Source: a virus
Lineage: Duplodnaviria > Caudoviricetes
Reading direction: 5' to 3' (one strand)
Length of the DNA stretch: 64,000 nucleotides
IMG/VR virus record: IMGVR_UViG_3300042350_003801
Position 1 is the stretch's first letter. Each line of letters starts with the position of its first letter. Position numbers and translations under genes: made by a program. Below the pieces are notes generated by a model that made no database searches, was not told the DNA's origin, and saw nothing but the letters and a program-made list of their open reading frames with translations. Shown here one piece after another: positions 8,559-18,507 of the stretch.

Positions 8559-9089
8559 TCAGAGTGGCGTGGTTGAGATTCTATATCCATTAAACTTTGC
8601 CTTGGCTGTCTTACACTTTGTATTAACACCAGTAACAACAACCATAACTGGAGGATTTTGTCCAGTATAAAGAAGAACTTCACCAGTTGTCACTTTGCCT
8701 TCTTCACTAGCGAAGTGTTCGGTGCGGCCGTTAACGTTAACAGAGAAAGTGTAAGGAACAACTTCCGTAAAATTGTCTTTAGGAAGAGTGTGAAGTGCTC
8801 CTGAACCTTTTTCTTCTACCACCCAATCTCCTGCACTATTTGTGGCAAGATAGGTCGCATAGCCAGTGGTGCCGTCTTCCTTGTTGAAGGAATAAAGTTG
8901 AGTTGAATTGGTCATAGTTTCGGGGTCTCCTGTGTAGTGAATGATGTTGCTTTTTGCGAATTCAACTGTCTTATTATTATGCAGATATGCTGCATTAACA
9001 TAATAAGCGCCTTTGTAAGTATAAGTTACTCGCGCCGGCCTTGTGCCAGTTTTGGAGATAATAATATCCCCTTCTTTAAATTCAGCCAT
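8559..9089 (-). CDS. Hypothetical phage protein
   Basis: 176-aa ORF after a dyad promoter. Confidence 0.65.
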   Translation of the reverse strand: MAEFKEGDIIISKTGTRPARVTYTYKGAYYVNAAYLHNNKTVEFAKSNIIHYTGDPETMTNSTQLYSFNKEDGTTGYATYLATNSAGDWVVEEKGSGALHTLPKDNFTEVVPYTFSVNVNGRTEHFASEEGKVTTGEVLLYTGQNPPVMVVVTGVNTKCKTAKAKFNGYRISTTPL

Positions 9090-9165
9090 TCATAGTTTGT
9101 TGGTGAAGGACTCTTTTAGTATTGCACGATTTCTGGTGCTCAGATAAACCCAGTGTGCCAGTTTG

Positions 9166-9882
9166 TCAGGTGTCACTTGAAAGATTAAAAATTAATGGAG
9201 TTGTGGTAGTAATTACCTCTCCGCGTTTGGGGAAATGAGCATCTTTTTCAGCAACATATGCGAGTTCTTCTTTATAAATGGTGAACAATAGTAGTTCACC
9301 ATTAAACTTTTCAGTATAAATGTATTCGGGAACGTTAAAATGTTCCGAAATCATTTTCAACATCGTTCTGATGAGTTTTGGACGGCCTTTAGTTCTAGGG
9401 AGCATATCTAAAGAAGGAATGTGCAATTCAATCTTGTCTTCCGTGAACACTGCCAAGCTATAAGGAGTTTTATAATGTTTCCCTCCGCTTGGAAAAGTAT
9501 AAATTTTTACATTAGGGTGAATGCTCAAAATGGCATCATTATTTTCAGTGATTTTAACAATGAATTTACGGTCTTTGCTATTTGGTTGATGGTCGTCTGA
9601 ATCAAATGGTTCTCGGTTTTTAATCGCTTCCATCATCAGAGGAAACATCTCCTCATTGCTAAGGTCAAACTTTAAACTTTTTGGTTTAATGTAATCTTGA
9701 TAAGCATCTTCGAGTTCCTTTGCCAACTCAAACTTCGCTACACCTTCATTTGTGAGAAGTTGCATAGTATCCGTAAAAAACTCATATTCATACCAGTTGT
9801 AGCCAGGCAGTTCACCAAGCCTGACATATTGATTACCTTTGTACCCAATGTTAATAAACGAACCGTGACCTTGAATGTCCAT
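9166..9882 (-). CDS. Hypothetical protein
   Basis: 238-aa ORF whose stop lies inside the dyad at 9155-9176. Confidence 0.65.
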   Translation of the reverse strand: MDIQGHGSFINIGYKGNQYVRLGELPGYNWYEYEFFTDTMQLLTNEGVAKFELAKELEDAYQDYIKPKSLKFDLSNEEMFPLMMEAIKNREPFDSDDHQPNSKDRKFIVKITENNDAILSIHPNVKIYTFPSGGKHYKTPYSLAVFTEDKIELHIPSLDMLPRTKGRPKLIRTMLKMISEHFNVPEYIYTEKFNGELLLFTIYKEELAYVAEKDAHFPKRGEVITTTTPLIFNLSSDT

Positions 9883-9917
9883 TGAAAATTGGTGGTGAAC
9901 TTCAGTAGAATACGGGA

Positions 9918-10304
9918 CTAATTCAAAAAAGCATCCATAGGTGTGCCAGTTTCAGAAGTGTCCAATCCGTCAAACATTAAAAGAAACGTAAGTTCACCGG
10001 CTTCATCTAAAATTTCTTGGGCTGCAATAATTTCAAAAGTTGCAAACAGTGATGCACCCCAAAGGTGTATTGACGGCCTAACGGATTCTGAAATTACTTT
10101 ATTGGTAGACCTAATAGTGAGTTTATCAACTATTTTCCTTTTTGTATACCGCATTTTGTCATTACGAGACCGAACGGCACTAATCTGTTCCACACTAAGA
10201 TTTTCCAAAAATAGCCAAAAGTTCAGGACCGTTTGCCAATTCGGTCCTAATTCCTCAACACTGTACCGCTTTTCAAACACAATTTGTGTTTTAGACTTTT
10301 TCAT
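9918..10304 (-). CDS. MNYS/LGPNY family protein (divergent)
   Basis: ELGPNWQTVLNFW...ATFEIIAAQEILDEAGELTFL.MF. Confidence 0.75.
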   Translation of the reverse strand: MKKSKTQIVFEKRYSVEELGPNWQTVLNFWLFLENLSVEQISAVRSRNDKMRYTKRKIVDKLTIRSTNKVISESVRPSIHLWGASLFATFEIIAAQEILDEAGELTFLLMFDGLDTSETGTPMDAFLN

Positions 10305-10894
10305 TAGTATTTAAGCAATTTTGCGGTTTGGAGCATTTCTTCCAGTTTATGTTGCCGCTGTAGAAGGTGAAAGAAGAACCTCAAAGTATTAAAGGCATCA
10401 TCCTCAGCTCGGTGTGGATTGCCAATAAAAGACAACTTATGTTTACCCATTGAAGAACGCAACCCACCAGAAAGTGCCCGACCATTTGCAGCCTCAATAA
10501 AGAGGAAAAAATGCTTCACGTCTATAAATCGTCTACCAAAATATGGAAAGTGGATGCCATTATTTTTAAACTCATCAAGAAGTTCATTGGAATCACCTAC
10601 TCCCCATTGGACCGCATTGACAAATGGCTTATGGGTGTCAATAAGATTTGATAGCCATTCAGCGGCTTCTTGAAGTTCTACTCCACCGTCAACATCTTCT
10701 TGTGTAATTCCTGTAATTTCGGTTGTTCTGGGGTGAAGCGGCTTTTTGATTTTAATAAGTTTGGAGTCTTTCAGAAAAATATTACCAGGAGAACCAATAG
10801 CAATACCCACTTCACATATTTCATCAGTTTGTATGCCATCGGTGTTCAATTCAAGGTCCAAAGATAGGTAAAAATTCTCACGAATTGGGTTCAT
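10304..10894 (-). CDS. DEDDh 3'-5' exonuclease (DnaQ-like)
   Basis: SLDLE, WG..D, H.AEDDA motifs. Confidence 0.8.
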   Translation of the reverse strand: MNPIRENFYLSLDLELNTDGIQTDEICEVGIAIGSPGNIFLKDSKLIKIKKPLHPRTTEITGITQEDVDGGVELQEAAEWLSNLIDTHKPFVNAVQWGVGDSNELLDEFKNNGIHFPYFGRRFIDVKHFFLFIEAANGRALSGGLRSSMGKHKLSFIGNPHRAEDDAFNTLRFFFHLLQRQHKLEEMLQTAKLLKY

Positions 10895-11252
10895 TATTAA
10901 TGGTAAATAGTGGAATATATTTGAGGGTTTCTCCCCGTTTAAGAAGAAGATGCATTGTAATCAATTCAAAGACTGGCAGAGGATACGGCAGTCTACCTCT
11001 AATTTCCTCTGATGTAATCTCTAAAACCGTTTCCCTTAGAAGCTGATTATACAGACTATTAAAATCGGCAACTCTTGCAACGCTATTTTTAGCATCAATG
11101 AATCTCAATTCATTATTATAATAAAGAGCATAAAAGTTCATTACCGACCGGTAATTTGGGCCAAGATACTTCTCGGGATTTTCAGTAAAGTCTTTAGGAA
11201 AAGTGGTAGATATAAAAGATTTCAATTTGAAGTTACTAAAGGAGTAGTTCAT
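10878..11252 (-). CDS. MNYS/LGPNY family protein
   Basis: NPEKYLGPNYRSVMNF...FELITMHLLLKRG..L.YIPLF. Confidence 0.8.
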   Translation of the reverse strand: MNYSFSNFKLKSFISTTFPKDFTENPEKYLGPNYRSVMNFYALYYNNELRFIDAKNSVARVADFNSLYNQLLRETVLEITSEEIRGRLPYPLPVFELITMHLLLKRGETLKYIPLFTINNEPNS

Positions 11253-11662
11253 AAGTCGTTAAAAAGAGGAACAAACAATAAATCCTTACCATCGTCCAAA
11301 AGCGTGTGCATACCAATTAGTTCACAAGTGGCAGACCCGGCGGCGGCAACGACACGCCGATCGGAGGCGGCATCCCCGGCGGCATACCCGGCGGCATACC
11401 AGGCGGCATCCCTGGCGGCATCCCTGGCGGCATTCCTGGCGGCATACCCGGCGGCATACCTGGCGGCATCGTCTAGGGCATGATAACGGCGGGCAACTTC
11501 ATCCCATTGGTTCTCGGTAAGACCATCCATAAACCACCAGAAGTTAAGGACGGTTTCGTAGTTTGGTCCTAGAAAATTCTGTGGATTTGTTAGGGCTTCG
11601 GGATTTTGAAGTTCGTTGGAGAAGTTTTGATGTGCTTTTGAGTAGTTCATATTCAGAGCCAA
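11249..11662 (-). CDS. Family protein with AA-X-X repeat (copy B)
   Basis: Frames nearly identical in DNA to copy A; likely start is the MNYS Met at 11650. Confidence 0.85.
   Translation of the reverse strand: MALNMNYSKAHQNFSNELQNPEALTNPQNFLGPNYETVLNFWWFMDGLTENQWDEVARRYHALDDAARYAAGYAARNAARDAARDAAWYAAGYAAGDAASDRRVVAAAGSATCELIGMHTLLDDGKDLLFVPLFNDL
11333..11467 (-). repeat. GCCGCC-NGG-NNT array (9 conforming units, one TCCGAT unit and a short non-repeat insert)
   Basis: Read directly. Confidence 0.9.
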
Positions 11663-12162
11663 TTCGGTTTGCGTTGAGGAGATTTAACGTAGTTATCGTG
11701 AATCCAAGGCTTTGTTGCAAGATACATTTTATATGCAGTGAATGTATCAATTGTTTTATCAAACTTCAACTCATCTGGCATTGCACGTTCAAATGGTGTA
11801 AATTTATCGAGATTGCCGTTGGGAAATATTTCAAGTGCCCGAAGAAGAGTATCATAACAAGCATGTTTCTTATTGTATCTACGCTCAAATTCTTCGCAGA
11901 GCATAAACCCATGATAAATTAGCCAATGGGCATTATGAATAGAGCGCGATACCCAGAGAGTGCAAGGATGTTTAAGATGTGGGTTCTTTTTGGTTGAATA
12001 TGAAGTGCCGTCCTTTTTAGGGAGTGCGCCATAATTATGAAACCAAGGCGATGCAATATATGCGAGCATCTGACAACACTCAACTGGCATCTTGTTAATA
12101 TGAAGATCTGGGAGCACAATGGCGCTCTGTTCGGGGCAAGAAGATGTTGCAAAGATGTTCAT
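11653..12162 (-). CDS. Pyrimidine-dimer DNA glycosylase-like protein (DenV family)
   Basis: MNIF....CP..SA..L.D.H..KM..E..QML and HPC..W motifs. Confidence 0.75.
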   Translation of the reverse strand: MNIFATSSCPEQSAIVLPDLHINKMPVECCQMLAYIASPWFHNYGALPKKDGTSYSTKKNPHLKHPCTLWVSRSIHNAHWLIYHGFMLCEEFERRYNKKHACYDTLLRALEIFPNGNLDKFTPFERAMPDELKFDKTIDTFTAYKMYLATKPWIHDNYVKSPQRKPNWL

Positions 12163-12227
12163 AGGATTTGCTTCAACGGTCTTAACCTAGCACTCTTAAT
12201 GGTGCTCCCAGCTTTCGGTGGACAGTT

Positions 12228-12611
12228 TTAAGACTGGCATTCGTTGAAAATTTTAGGGAGATAAAAAAGAGACTCTCCTTCATCTAAAATTCGGTGCATA
12301 CAAATAAGTTCAACCGTTGCCCAACCATACCATTCGCCACTATTCAGAGATATTTGAGTTGCATACCAGGCTTGGGCTTGATATGGTGTAAGAAGTGTAG
12401 CTTCCTTCACAATAAAACTATTAAATCCATAAGGTTTTGTTGCAGAATTTTCAATATAATTAATTTTAGTGATTTCCGGGAGAGATTCAAGATACAACCA
12501 GTAATTTAGAACCGTTTCATAATTTGGTCCCAGGTACTGTTCTGGATAATCGTTAATTTCCTCGGTTAAATAATTTTCCCGCAGCGTTTGGTGAATTTTA
12601 GAGTAGTTCAT
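12228..12611 (-). CDS. MNYS/LGPNY family protein
   Basis: [16 protein letters not shown]...ATVELICMH.ILDEG; C-terminus ends in the dyad. Confidence 0.8.
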   Translation of the reverse strand: MNYSKIHQTLRENYLTEEINDYPEQYLGPNYETVLNYWLYLESLPEITKINYIENSATKPYGFNSFIVKEATLLTPYQAQAWYATQISLNSGEWYGWATVELICMHRILDEGESLFYLPKIFNECQS

Positions 12612-13009
12612 AATTTATCAAAAAGAGGAACGTATACAAGACTATGCATCTGTTCAAGTGTAAGATGCATTGAAATGAGTTCATCCGTTGCCCATTCTAC
12701 TGCATAAACTTGATCAATGTGCCTACCTTCCCCTACACAAACTCGCTGTGCTGCACCCCAAATAACAGTGCTTTCTACGGCCATTTGAACCTTGAGAGAA
12801 TTACTCACAACTAATCCATTGTGCTTAAAATTTTCCCCAAGTAAAGAATATCTTTCCCCAACATTTTCCCATTGGGAATCATTAAGACCTTCAAGAAACC
12901 ACCAGAAGTTAAGAATTTCTTTATAGTTTGGACCCATATATTTTTCCGGTTCGATGAGTCGGTCAACTACATCTCCAGCAAATCGTTGGTGAATTTTAGA
13001 GTAGGTCAT
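12608..13009 (-). CDS. MNYS/LGPNY family protein
   Basis: PEKYMGPNYKEILNFWW...ATDELISMH..L....LVYVPLFDKL. Confidence 0.8.
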   Translation of the reverse strand: MTYSKIHQRFAGDVVDRLIEPEKYMGPNYKEILNFWWFLEGLNDSQWENVGERYSLLGENFKHNGLVVSNSLKVQMAVESTVIWGAAQRVCVGEGRHIDQVYAVEWATDELISMHLTLEQMHSLVYVPLFDKL

Positions 13010-13447
13010 AATTTGTCAAAAAGAGGGAGAAAAGTTAGTCTGTGTCCATCGTCAAGAAGTATATCCATTACTACAAGTTCCAATGTTGCATAACCTAAGA
13101 CAGATGAATTATCATATTTCGTTTTTTCTGGTTCCGGGCCGAAATACCTGGCACATTTCCAGACTTCAAGTTGTCGGTGAACCCGCTGTTCTGCATAATC
13201 CCCTAAATAATAAGACCAACTCGGTTCTCGTATGGACCTAATGAATTCTCTATCAAGTCTATCAACAAAATACCAGAAATCAAACACAGTCTTATAATTT
13301 GGACCTAATGAATTCTCTATCAAGTCTATCAACAAAATACCAGAAATCAAACACAGTCTTATAATTTGGTCCGAAGTGCTTTACAACATCATCAAGAGCA
13401 TCGGGGTATTTTTCAAGATAATATCTAAGGGCAGTAGGATGGTTCAT
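13006..13447 (-). pseudogene. Family gene frameshifted by a 67-bp tandem duplication
   Basis: ATG at 13447 reads MNHPTALRYYLEKYPDALDDVVKHFGPNYKTVFDFW...RSKL*; the second repeat copy leads to ATLELVVM...FLPLFDKL in another frame. Confidence 0.8.
13233..13369. repeat. Perfect 67-bp tandem duplication
   Basis: Copies start at 13234 and 13301; bounded by GGACC, GGACC, GGTCC. Confidence 0.95.
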
Positions 13448-13522
13448 AAAAAGGTGGTTTAACAAAACGATACTAACAGACGGCGGGCAGTTTGGGAGAT
13501 CAAGTGGCCAGTCTTAAAACTG

Positions 13523-15016
13523 TCACCTACGATCTTGCTCAGGTTTTACTAATGGAAAGGCTATTACATCACGAATTGACGGATTATCAGTAAGGAGCAT
13601 TACCAAACGATCAATACCAATACCAAGACCGCCACAAGGAGGCATCCCAACCTCTAAAGCCTGAATAAAATCCTCATCAATAGTTTGTGCTTCGGGGTCT
13701 CCCAATCTGTGTCGTTCTTGTTGAATCTCCAAACGGTTTAACTGTTCAACTGGATCAATAAGTTCGCTAAAAGCATTCGCAGTTTCTCTTCCAACAATAA
13801 ATAACTCAAATCTTTCAACGAATCCTGGCTTACTACGATGTGAGCGAGCTAAGGGAGAAACTTCAACCGGATAATCAATCACAAAGGTTGGTTGAATTAA
13901 AGTTTCTTCTACTCTTTGTTCAAATGTAGATACCATCAGTCGTCCAAGAGAATCAGCATTACTTGGAACATCTAATCCCTTTGAGCACATTGCAATGACC
14001 GCATCTTCCCTAGTTTCAAAACTTGTAAAATCAAGTCCGGTTATTTCATTAACCAATTCAGTCATAGAGACCCTCCGCCAAGGTGGAGTTAAATTGATTG
14101 GTTGCCCCTGATAAATAATCTCTGTTTCCCCAGATGCAAAAACTATCATTTCCTCAGTGAGATTCATCATATCATAATAATCTGAATATGCCTTATAAAT
14201 TTCAACTGAAGTAAACTCTGGATTATGGCGGGTACTGATTCCCTCATTGCGGAAAATTCGGCCAAGTTCATAAACTTTTTCAAAGCCCCCGACCACCATT
14301 CGCTTAAGATGTAACTCTGTTGCGATTCTCAGCGTAAGAGGAATATCAAGGGCATTATGATGCGTCTCAAAAGGGAGAGCATCTGCTCCACCAACAGTGG
14401 GATTTAAAACAGGAGTTTCGATCTCTAAAAATCCCTTATCATCCAGCCAGCGGCGAATGCTGCTGACAATATTCGCTCTACGGCGAAATGTTTCCCGACT
14501 GCGCGAAGAAGTGATTAAATCTAAATAACGGCGGCGATAACGGGTCTCAACGTTCGCAAGACCGTGCCACTTATCCGGCAAAGGCTGTAATGACTTACTG
14601 AGCATCTGCCAGTCTTTTAGTTTTACAGAAAGTTCACCACGATTAGTGCGTTTAATAGAACCGCTCACACCAATCCAGTCACCGATATCAACTAAGGTTG
14701 TAATCTGATTAAAGCAATCTGTGCCATTATCCCGTAAAAATGCCATATCGACATAGACTTGTATCGTTCCACCTTCATCGGCTAGAGTTAGGAAAGATAG
14801 TTTCCCCATAATTCTTCGGGCAATAACTCTGCCAGCAACTGTAACCTCCTGCTCACACTCTTCACCGTTGATTAAATTTGCATGAATTATATGCAATTCA
14901 GATGCACTATGACTAACAGTGAAATTAATTGCATATGGTGTTTTGCCAATACTCTCAAGAGCGCGAGCTTTTTCCAACCGAGTTTCTCTTAAGTCTGATA
15001 AGTTTTTAGAAGTCAT
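13523..15016 (-). CDS. lysS: Lysyl-tRNA synthetase, class II, full length
   Basis: OB anticodon domain (GRV...R.MGK..F), YRRRYLDL, motif 2 [14 protein letters not shown], motif 3 GMPP.GG.GIGIDRL. Confidence 0.95.
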   Translation of the reverse strand: MTSKNLSDLRETRLEKARALESIGKTPYAINFTVSHSASELHIIHANLINGEECEQEVTVAGRVIARRIMGKLSFLTLADEGGTIQVYVDMAFLRDNGTDCFNQITTLVDIGDWIGVSGSIKRTNRGELSVKLKDWQMLSKSLQPLPDKWHGLANVETRYRRRYLDLITSSRSRETFRRRANIVSSIRRWLDDKGFLEIETPVLNPTVGGADALPFETHHNALDIPLTLRIATELHLKRMVVGGFEKVYELGRIFRNEGISTRHNPEFTSVEIYKAYSDYYDMMNLTEEMIVFASGETEIIYQGQPINLTPPWRRVSMTELVNEITGLDFTSFETREDAVIAMCSKGLDVPSNADSLGRLMVSTFEQRVEETLIQPTFVIDYPVEVSPLARSHRSKPGFVERFELFIVGRETANAFSELIDPVEQLNRLEIQQERHRLGDPEAQTIDEDFIQALEVGMPPCGGLGIGIDRLVMLLTDNPSIRDVIAFPLVKPEQDRR

Positions 15017-15052
15017 TTTAGTTTCGTGTTTTGAATAGTAATTTAAAAAATG

Positions 15053-16276
15053 TCACTTACGATCTTGCATAATCGGGATTTCTCCGTTTTCATAAACGCT
15101 TTCAACGGTAGAATGAATTGTATCTGAAACTGCCTGAAGATTCTTATTGTAAACGGGAATGATTACCTTCCCCTCCGGTTTCAAATAACTTTCATAGTCT
15201 CCAACCTCAAGTGTTCCTTCTTCAATAGCCTTTGAATCTTCAGTAGAGATACGCAAGGTTCTTCCGATGTTTTGGACCAACTTAATAAGATTGAGTTGTC
15301 GCATCAAAAGAACAGCATCCAAAGATTTAACGTTGATTCCTTCTCCAAGAATAGAGTAGTTAAGAATCACATACTTACGCTCAGTGGAACTTCCAAGTTC
15401 ATCTAGAACTTCAAAGAACTTATCGCGTTCAATCTTTTGACCATTATGAAATGCCCCGTGATGTGCCGTAATATGAAGAAGGTCATAACCAAGTTCTTCT
15501 AGTTTTACTGCAAAGTTGGTTTCACTTAACATTTCCATCATCTTTTTTGTTGACTTAACGCATACAAGCAGTTTAGACAAGTCATATTCTTGGATAATAT
15601 TCAAAATATCATCCGCATCGTGTTGAGGTTGCCTTTCATCAATCCATTCAAGAGGATGTGAAATAACTCTCGGCTTAAGAATGTAACCCCCTATAATTAA
15701 CTCAGAAGCAGTTGCTTTTGCAATGATACTACCATAAACAGAATCATTCATTCCAGCCTTCTTGATTGTTGAACTAAATCTTGGAGTTGCGGTAAAATGA
15801 TAACAACGTTTAGTGGTCTCGCTGACATTCTTTACATACTCGTGAAACCCTGCAGATGTTGAGTTGTGCGACTCATCAAACATAAAGGTATCTACCTTAA
15901 TGCCCGATGCATAAATCTTCTTTAAGGAATGATAGGTTGCAAAGATTAGTTTATGGTGGGTCTTATGAATCTCAGTCCACTCTTTAATCGTTTTTGCATT
16001 GGTGGTATGATAATGCCTTACCTTGCCGTTTTTTGTGTGAACGTGTAGAAACTTGGCATTGTCAATATGCTTACCATAATCAAACGATAGTTGGGAAGCA
16101 AGAAGAATCCTTGGTGCAACAACAACTACAGTTTGCGGTTCATCTTTTTCAAACTCTCGTTTAGTATCAAAAATCTGAACATTAGTTTTCCCGGCACCAG
16201 TTGCCATTACAATGATGCCACGGTCTGTTTCAGAAAGCACAACAAGTGCTTGCTCTTGATGAGGACGGAGTTGCAT
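15053..16276 (-). CDS. Superfamily 2 helicase (ResIII-like)
   Basis: LRPHQ, TGAGKT, DESHN, TATP, EGINV, QNIGR motifs. Confidence 0.85.
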   Translation of the reverse strand: MQLRPHQEQALVVLSETDRGIIVMATGAGKTNVQIFDTKREFEKDEPQTVVVVAPRILLASQLSFDYGKHIDNAKFLHVHTKNGKVRHYHTTNAKTIKEWTEIHKTHHKLIFATYHSLKKIYASGIKVDTFMFDESHNSTSAGFHEYVKNVSETTKRCYHFTATPRFSSTIKKAGMNDSVYGSIIAKATASELIIGGYILKPRVISHPLEWIDERQPQHDADDILNIIQEYDLSKLLVCVKSTKKMMEMLSETNFAVKLEELGYDLLHITAHHGAFHNGQKIERDKFFEVLDELGSSTERKYVILNYSILGEGINVKSLDAVLLMRQLNLIKLVQNIGRTLRISTEDSKAIEEGTLEVGDYESYLKPEGKVIIPVYNKNLQAVSDTIHSTVESVYENGEIPIMQDRK

Positions 16277-16677
16277 TAAAAAGAAAGCATAGGAATAAAA
16301 ATCAATTCTTCGCCTTTATCAAGAATAGTTTGTAGGGCAATAAGTTCAAAAGTGACTGGGGCAGGAATGCTTGGAAACTTTCCTATAATATTTCTAACGA
16401 GGCTTCTAGATGCACTTGCGGCAGTAGCTCGTCTGTCCCAATCTAAAATTTCTTCAACATGATCAACGATCTCACAATATCTATTATTATATTGCATTTG
16501 TTTTAAACTATACTTACCTTCAAGTTCTAATAGTTGTTCTTTTGTCAACGTTTCAAGATACCACCAAAAGTTAAGGACTGCTTCATAGTTTGGTCCTAGA
16601 TAATTTTCAGGATTATCATATACTTCGTGAGTGCCATTGCGCTCAGCCAGATCTTGATGGGCTTTAGAGTAGTTCAT
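16276..16677 (-). CDS. MNYS/LGPNY family protein
   Basis: NPENYLGPNYEAVLNFWW...VTFELIALQTILDKG..L.FIPM. Confidence 0.8.
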   Translation of the reverse strand: MNYSKAHQDLAERNGTHEVYDNPENYLGPNYEAVLNFWWYLETLTKEQLLELEGKYSLKQMQYNNRYCEIVDHVEEILDWDRRATAASASRSLVRNIIGKFPSIPAPVTFELIALQTILDKGEELIFIPMLSF

Positions 16678-17120
16678 AAGTCGTTAAAAAGAGGAACAAA
16701 CAATAAGTCCTTACCGTCATTCAATAGAGTATGCATACCCATTAGTTCATAAGTGGCAGACCTGGCGGCATCCCAGGCGGCATACCTGGCGGCAGACCCG
16801 GCGGCATCCCTGGCGGCATTCCCGGCGGCAGACCAGGCGGCAGACATGGCGGCATCCCTGGCGGCAGCCCAGGCGGCATCCCTGGCGGCATACCCGGCGG
16901 CAGCCCAGGCGGCATCCCTGGCGGCAGCGTCTAGGGCATCATAACGGCGGGCAACTTCATTCCATTGGTTCTCGGTAAGACCATCAATAACCCACCAGAA
17001 GTTAATGACGGTTTCGTAGTTTGGTCCTAGAAAATTCTGTGGATTTGTTAGGGCTTCAGGGTTTTGAAGGCGGTTGGAGAAGTTTTTATGTGCTTTTGAG
17101 TAGTTCATATTCAGATACAA
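16674..17120 (-). CDS. Family protein with 14-unit AA-X-X repeat (copy C)
   Basis: Same frames as copies A and B; likely start is the MNYS Met at 17108. Confidence 0.85.
   Translation of the reverse strand: MYLNMNYSKAHKNFSNRLQNPEALTNPQNFLGPNYETVINFWWVIDGLTENQWNEVARRYDALDAAARDAAWAAAGYAARDAAWAAARDAAMSAAWSAAGNAARDAAGSAARYAAWDAARSATYELMGMHTLLNDGKDLLFVPLFNDL
16758..16925 (-). repeat. 14 x 12-bp array, 13 conforming to GCCGCC-NGG-NNT
   Basis: Read directly; one ATGTCT unit deviates. Confidence 0.95.
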
Positions 17121-17608
17121 TAAAGTTCAAGTTCAAATTCACGGTCTTTCAAGTTTTTAATTTTTTGAAGAACCTCCTGGCGATGATTTTCAAATCCCGA
17201 AATCCAAAAAACTCCCTCAAACGTTTCTACAAAATTGGGATAATTTTTCCACTCTTTTTCTACATATTCATCAAACTCCTTTTCACCTTTCCAATGAACT
17301 CTATCAATAATAACTCCTTCTTCTAGCATTTTAAAAAATGATTCTTTAGTCCAGCCACTATTGTTGCTTTCAGTGAAGATAATTCTATCTTCTATTTGAA
17401 AATCAATAGCTTTATTCCACTCAAAATATTCCCCAATTTGAGCATCGAAAGTTGGAATAGACATAATTGAGTCCGTTACAGCAGTTGGTGTCTGCCATAA
17501 AATGTCGTGCCGTTCTACTTGTTCTTCAGGCTCACCCGAAGGTAGAGTAACAATTCTGGTTGCCAAAAGATAAAGGTTGAAACTCATTTCGTTTAAGAGG
17601 TTGCCCAA
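17111..17608 (-). CDS. Hypothetical protein
   Basis: 165-aa ORF. Confidence 0.6.
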   Translation of the reverse strand: MGNLLNEMSFNLYLLATRIVTLPSGEPEEQVERHDILWQTPTAVTDSIMSIPTFDAQIGEYFEWNKAIDFQIEDRIIFTESNNSGWTKESFFKMLEEGVIIDRVHWKGEKEFDEYVEKEWKNYPNFVETFEGVFWISGFENHRQEVLQKIKNLKDREFELELYCI

Positions 17609-17688
17609 TGGTTATAGGAGATTTTTGACGAGAATTGTGATTTGGTGTGCCAGTTTAACAATTGTCTTCTTAGGAATTTCGGCAGCGA

Positions 17689-18507
17689 TTATTCTGGCAC
17701 AGAAAGACGTTCTACTCCACCCATATACGGAATCAATGCGGCAGGCAAGGCAACACTACCATCACTTTGTTGACCATATTCTAATAATGCTGCCATTGTG
17801 CGGCCAACCGCTAGACCGCTACCATTAAGAGTGTGTAACAATTGAACATTCTTATTATCCCTAAAGCGAATAGATGAGCGGTTAGCCTGAAAATCAGTAC
17901 AAGTGCTACAACTAGAAATCTCGCGGTAAGTACCAGCGCCAGCCATCCAGACCTCTAAATCATAAGTGCGAGCAGCAGAAAATCCTAAATCTCCGCCACA
18001 TAGTTCCATACGGCGATAAGGTAATTCTAGAGCCTCTAGTATGCCTTCAGCATCGCAGGTAAGTTGTTCGTGAGCTTCCAACGATTTTTCGGGATGACAG
18101 AACCAATACAGCTCAACTTTATTAAACTGATGTAAACGAATTAACCCTCTTGTATCTCTTCCATAAGAACCAGCCTCGCGGCGGAAGCAGGGTGTATGCG
18201 CCACATATTTTAAGGGTAGGCGATCTATATTAATGATCTCGTCACGATGTAGGGCAGTGATAGGAACCTCGGCCGTGGGAGTAAGCCATAGATCATCATT
18301 AGCACACTTAAAACTTTCATCCGCAAATTTGGGAAGTTGCCCCGAACCAGTCAGACTTGTGCTATTTACTAAAATTGGGGGCATAACCTCTTTATATCCA
18401 TTGCCAGTATGACGATCGAGCATAAAAGAAATCAAAGCCCTTTCTAATTTAGCCCCCTGTCCCAATAAAGTCACAAAACGACTTTGTGCAATACGCACGG
18501 AACGTTC
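17689..18507 (-). CDS. serS: Seryl-tRNA synthetase catalytic domain only (N-terminal arm missing); possibly a pseudogene
   Basis: [57 protein letters not shown]; homology begins abruptly at [11 protein letters not shown]; GTG at 18498. Confidence 0.9.
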   Translation of the reverse strand, partial: ERSVRIAQSRFVTLLGQGAKLERALISFMLDRHTGNGYKEVMPPILVNSTSLTGSGQLPKFADESFKCANDDLWLTPTAEVPITALHRDEIINIDRLPLKYVAHTPCFRREAGSYGRDTRGLIRLHQFNKVELYWFCHPEKSLEAHEQLTCDAEGILEALELPYRRMELCGGDLGFSAARTYDLEVWMAGAGTYREISSCSTCTDFQANRSSIRFRDNKNVQLLHTLNGSGLAVGRTMAALLEYGQQSDGSVALPAALIPYMGGVERLSVPE

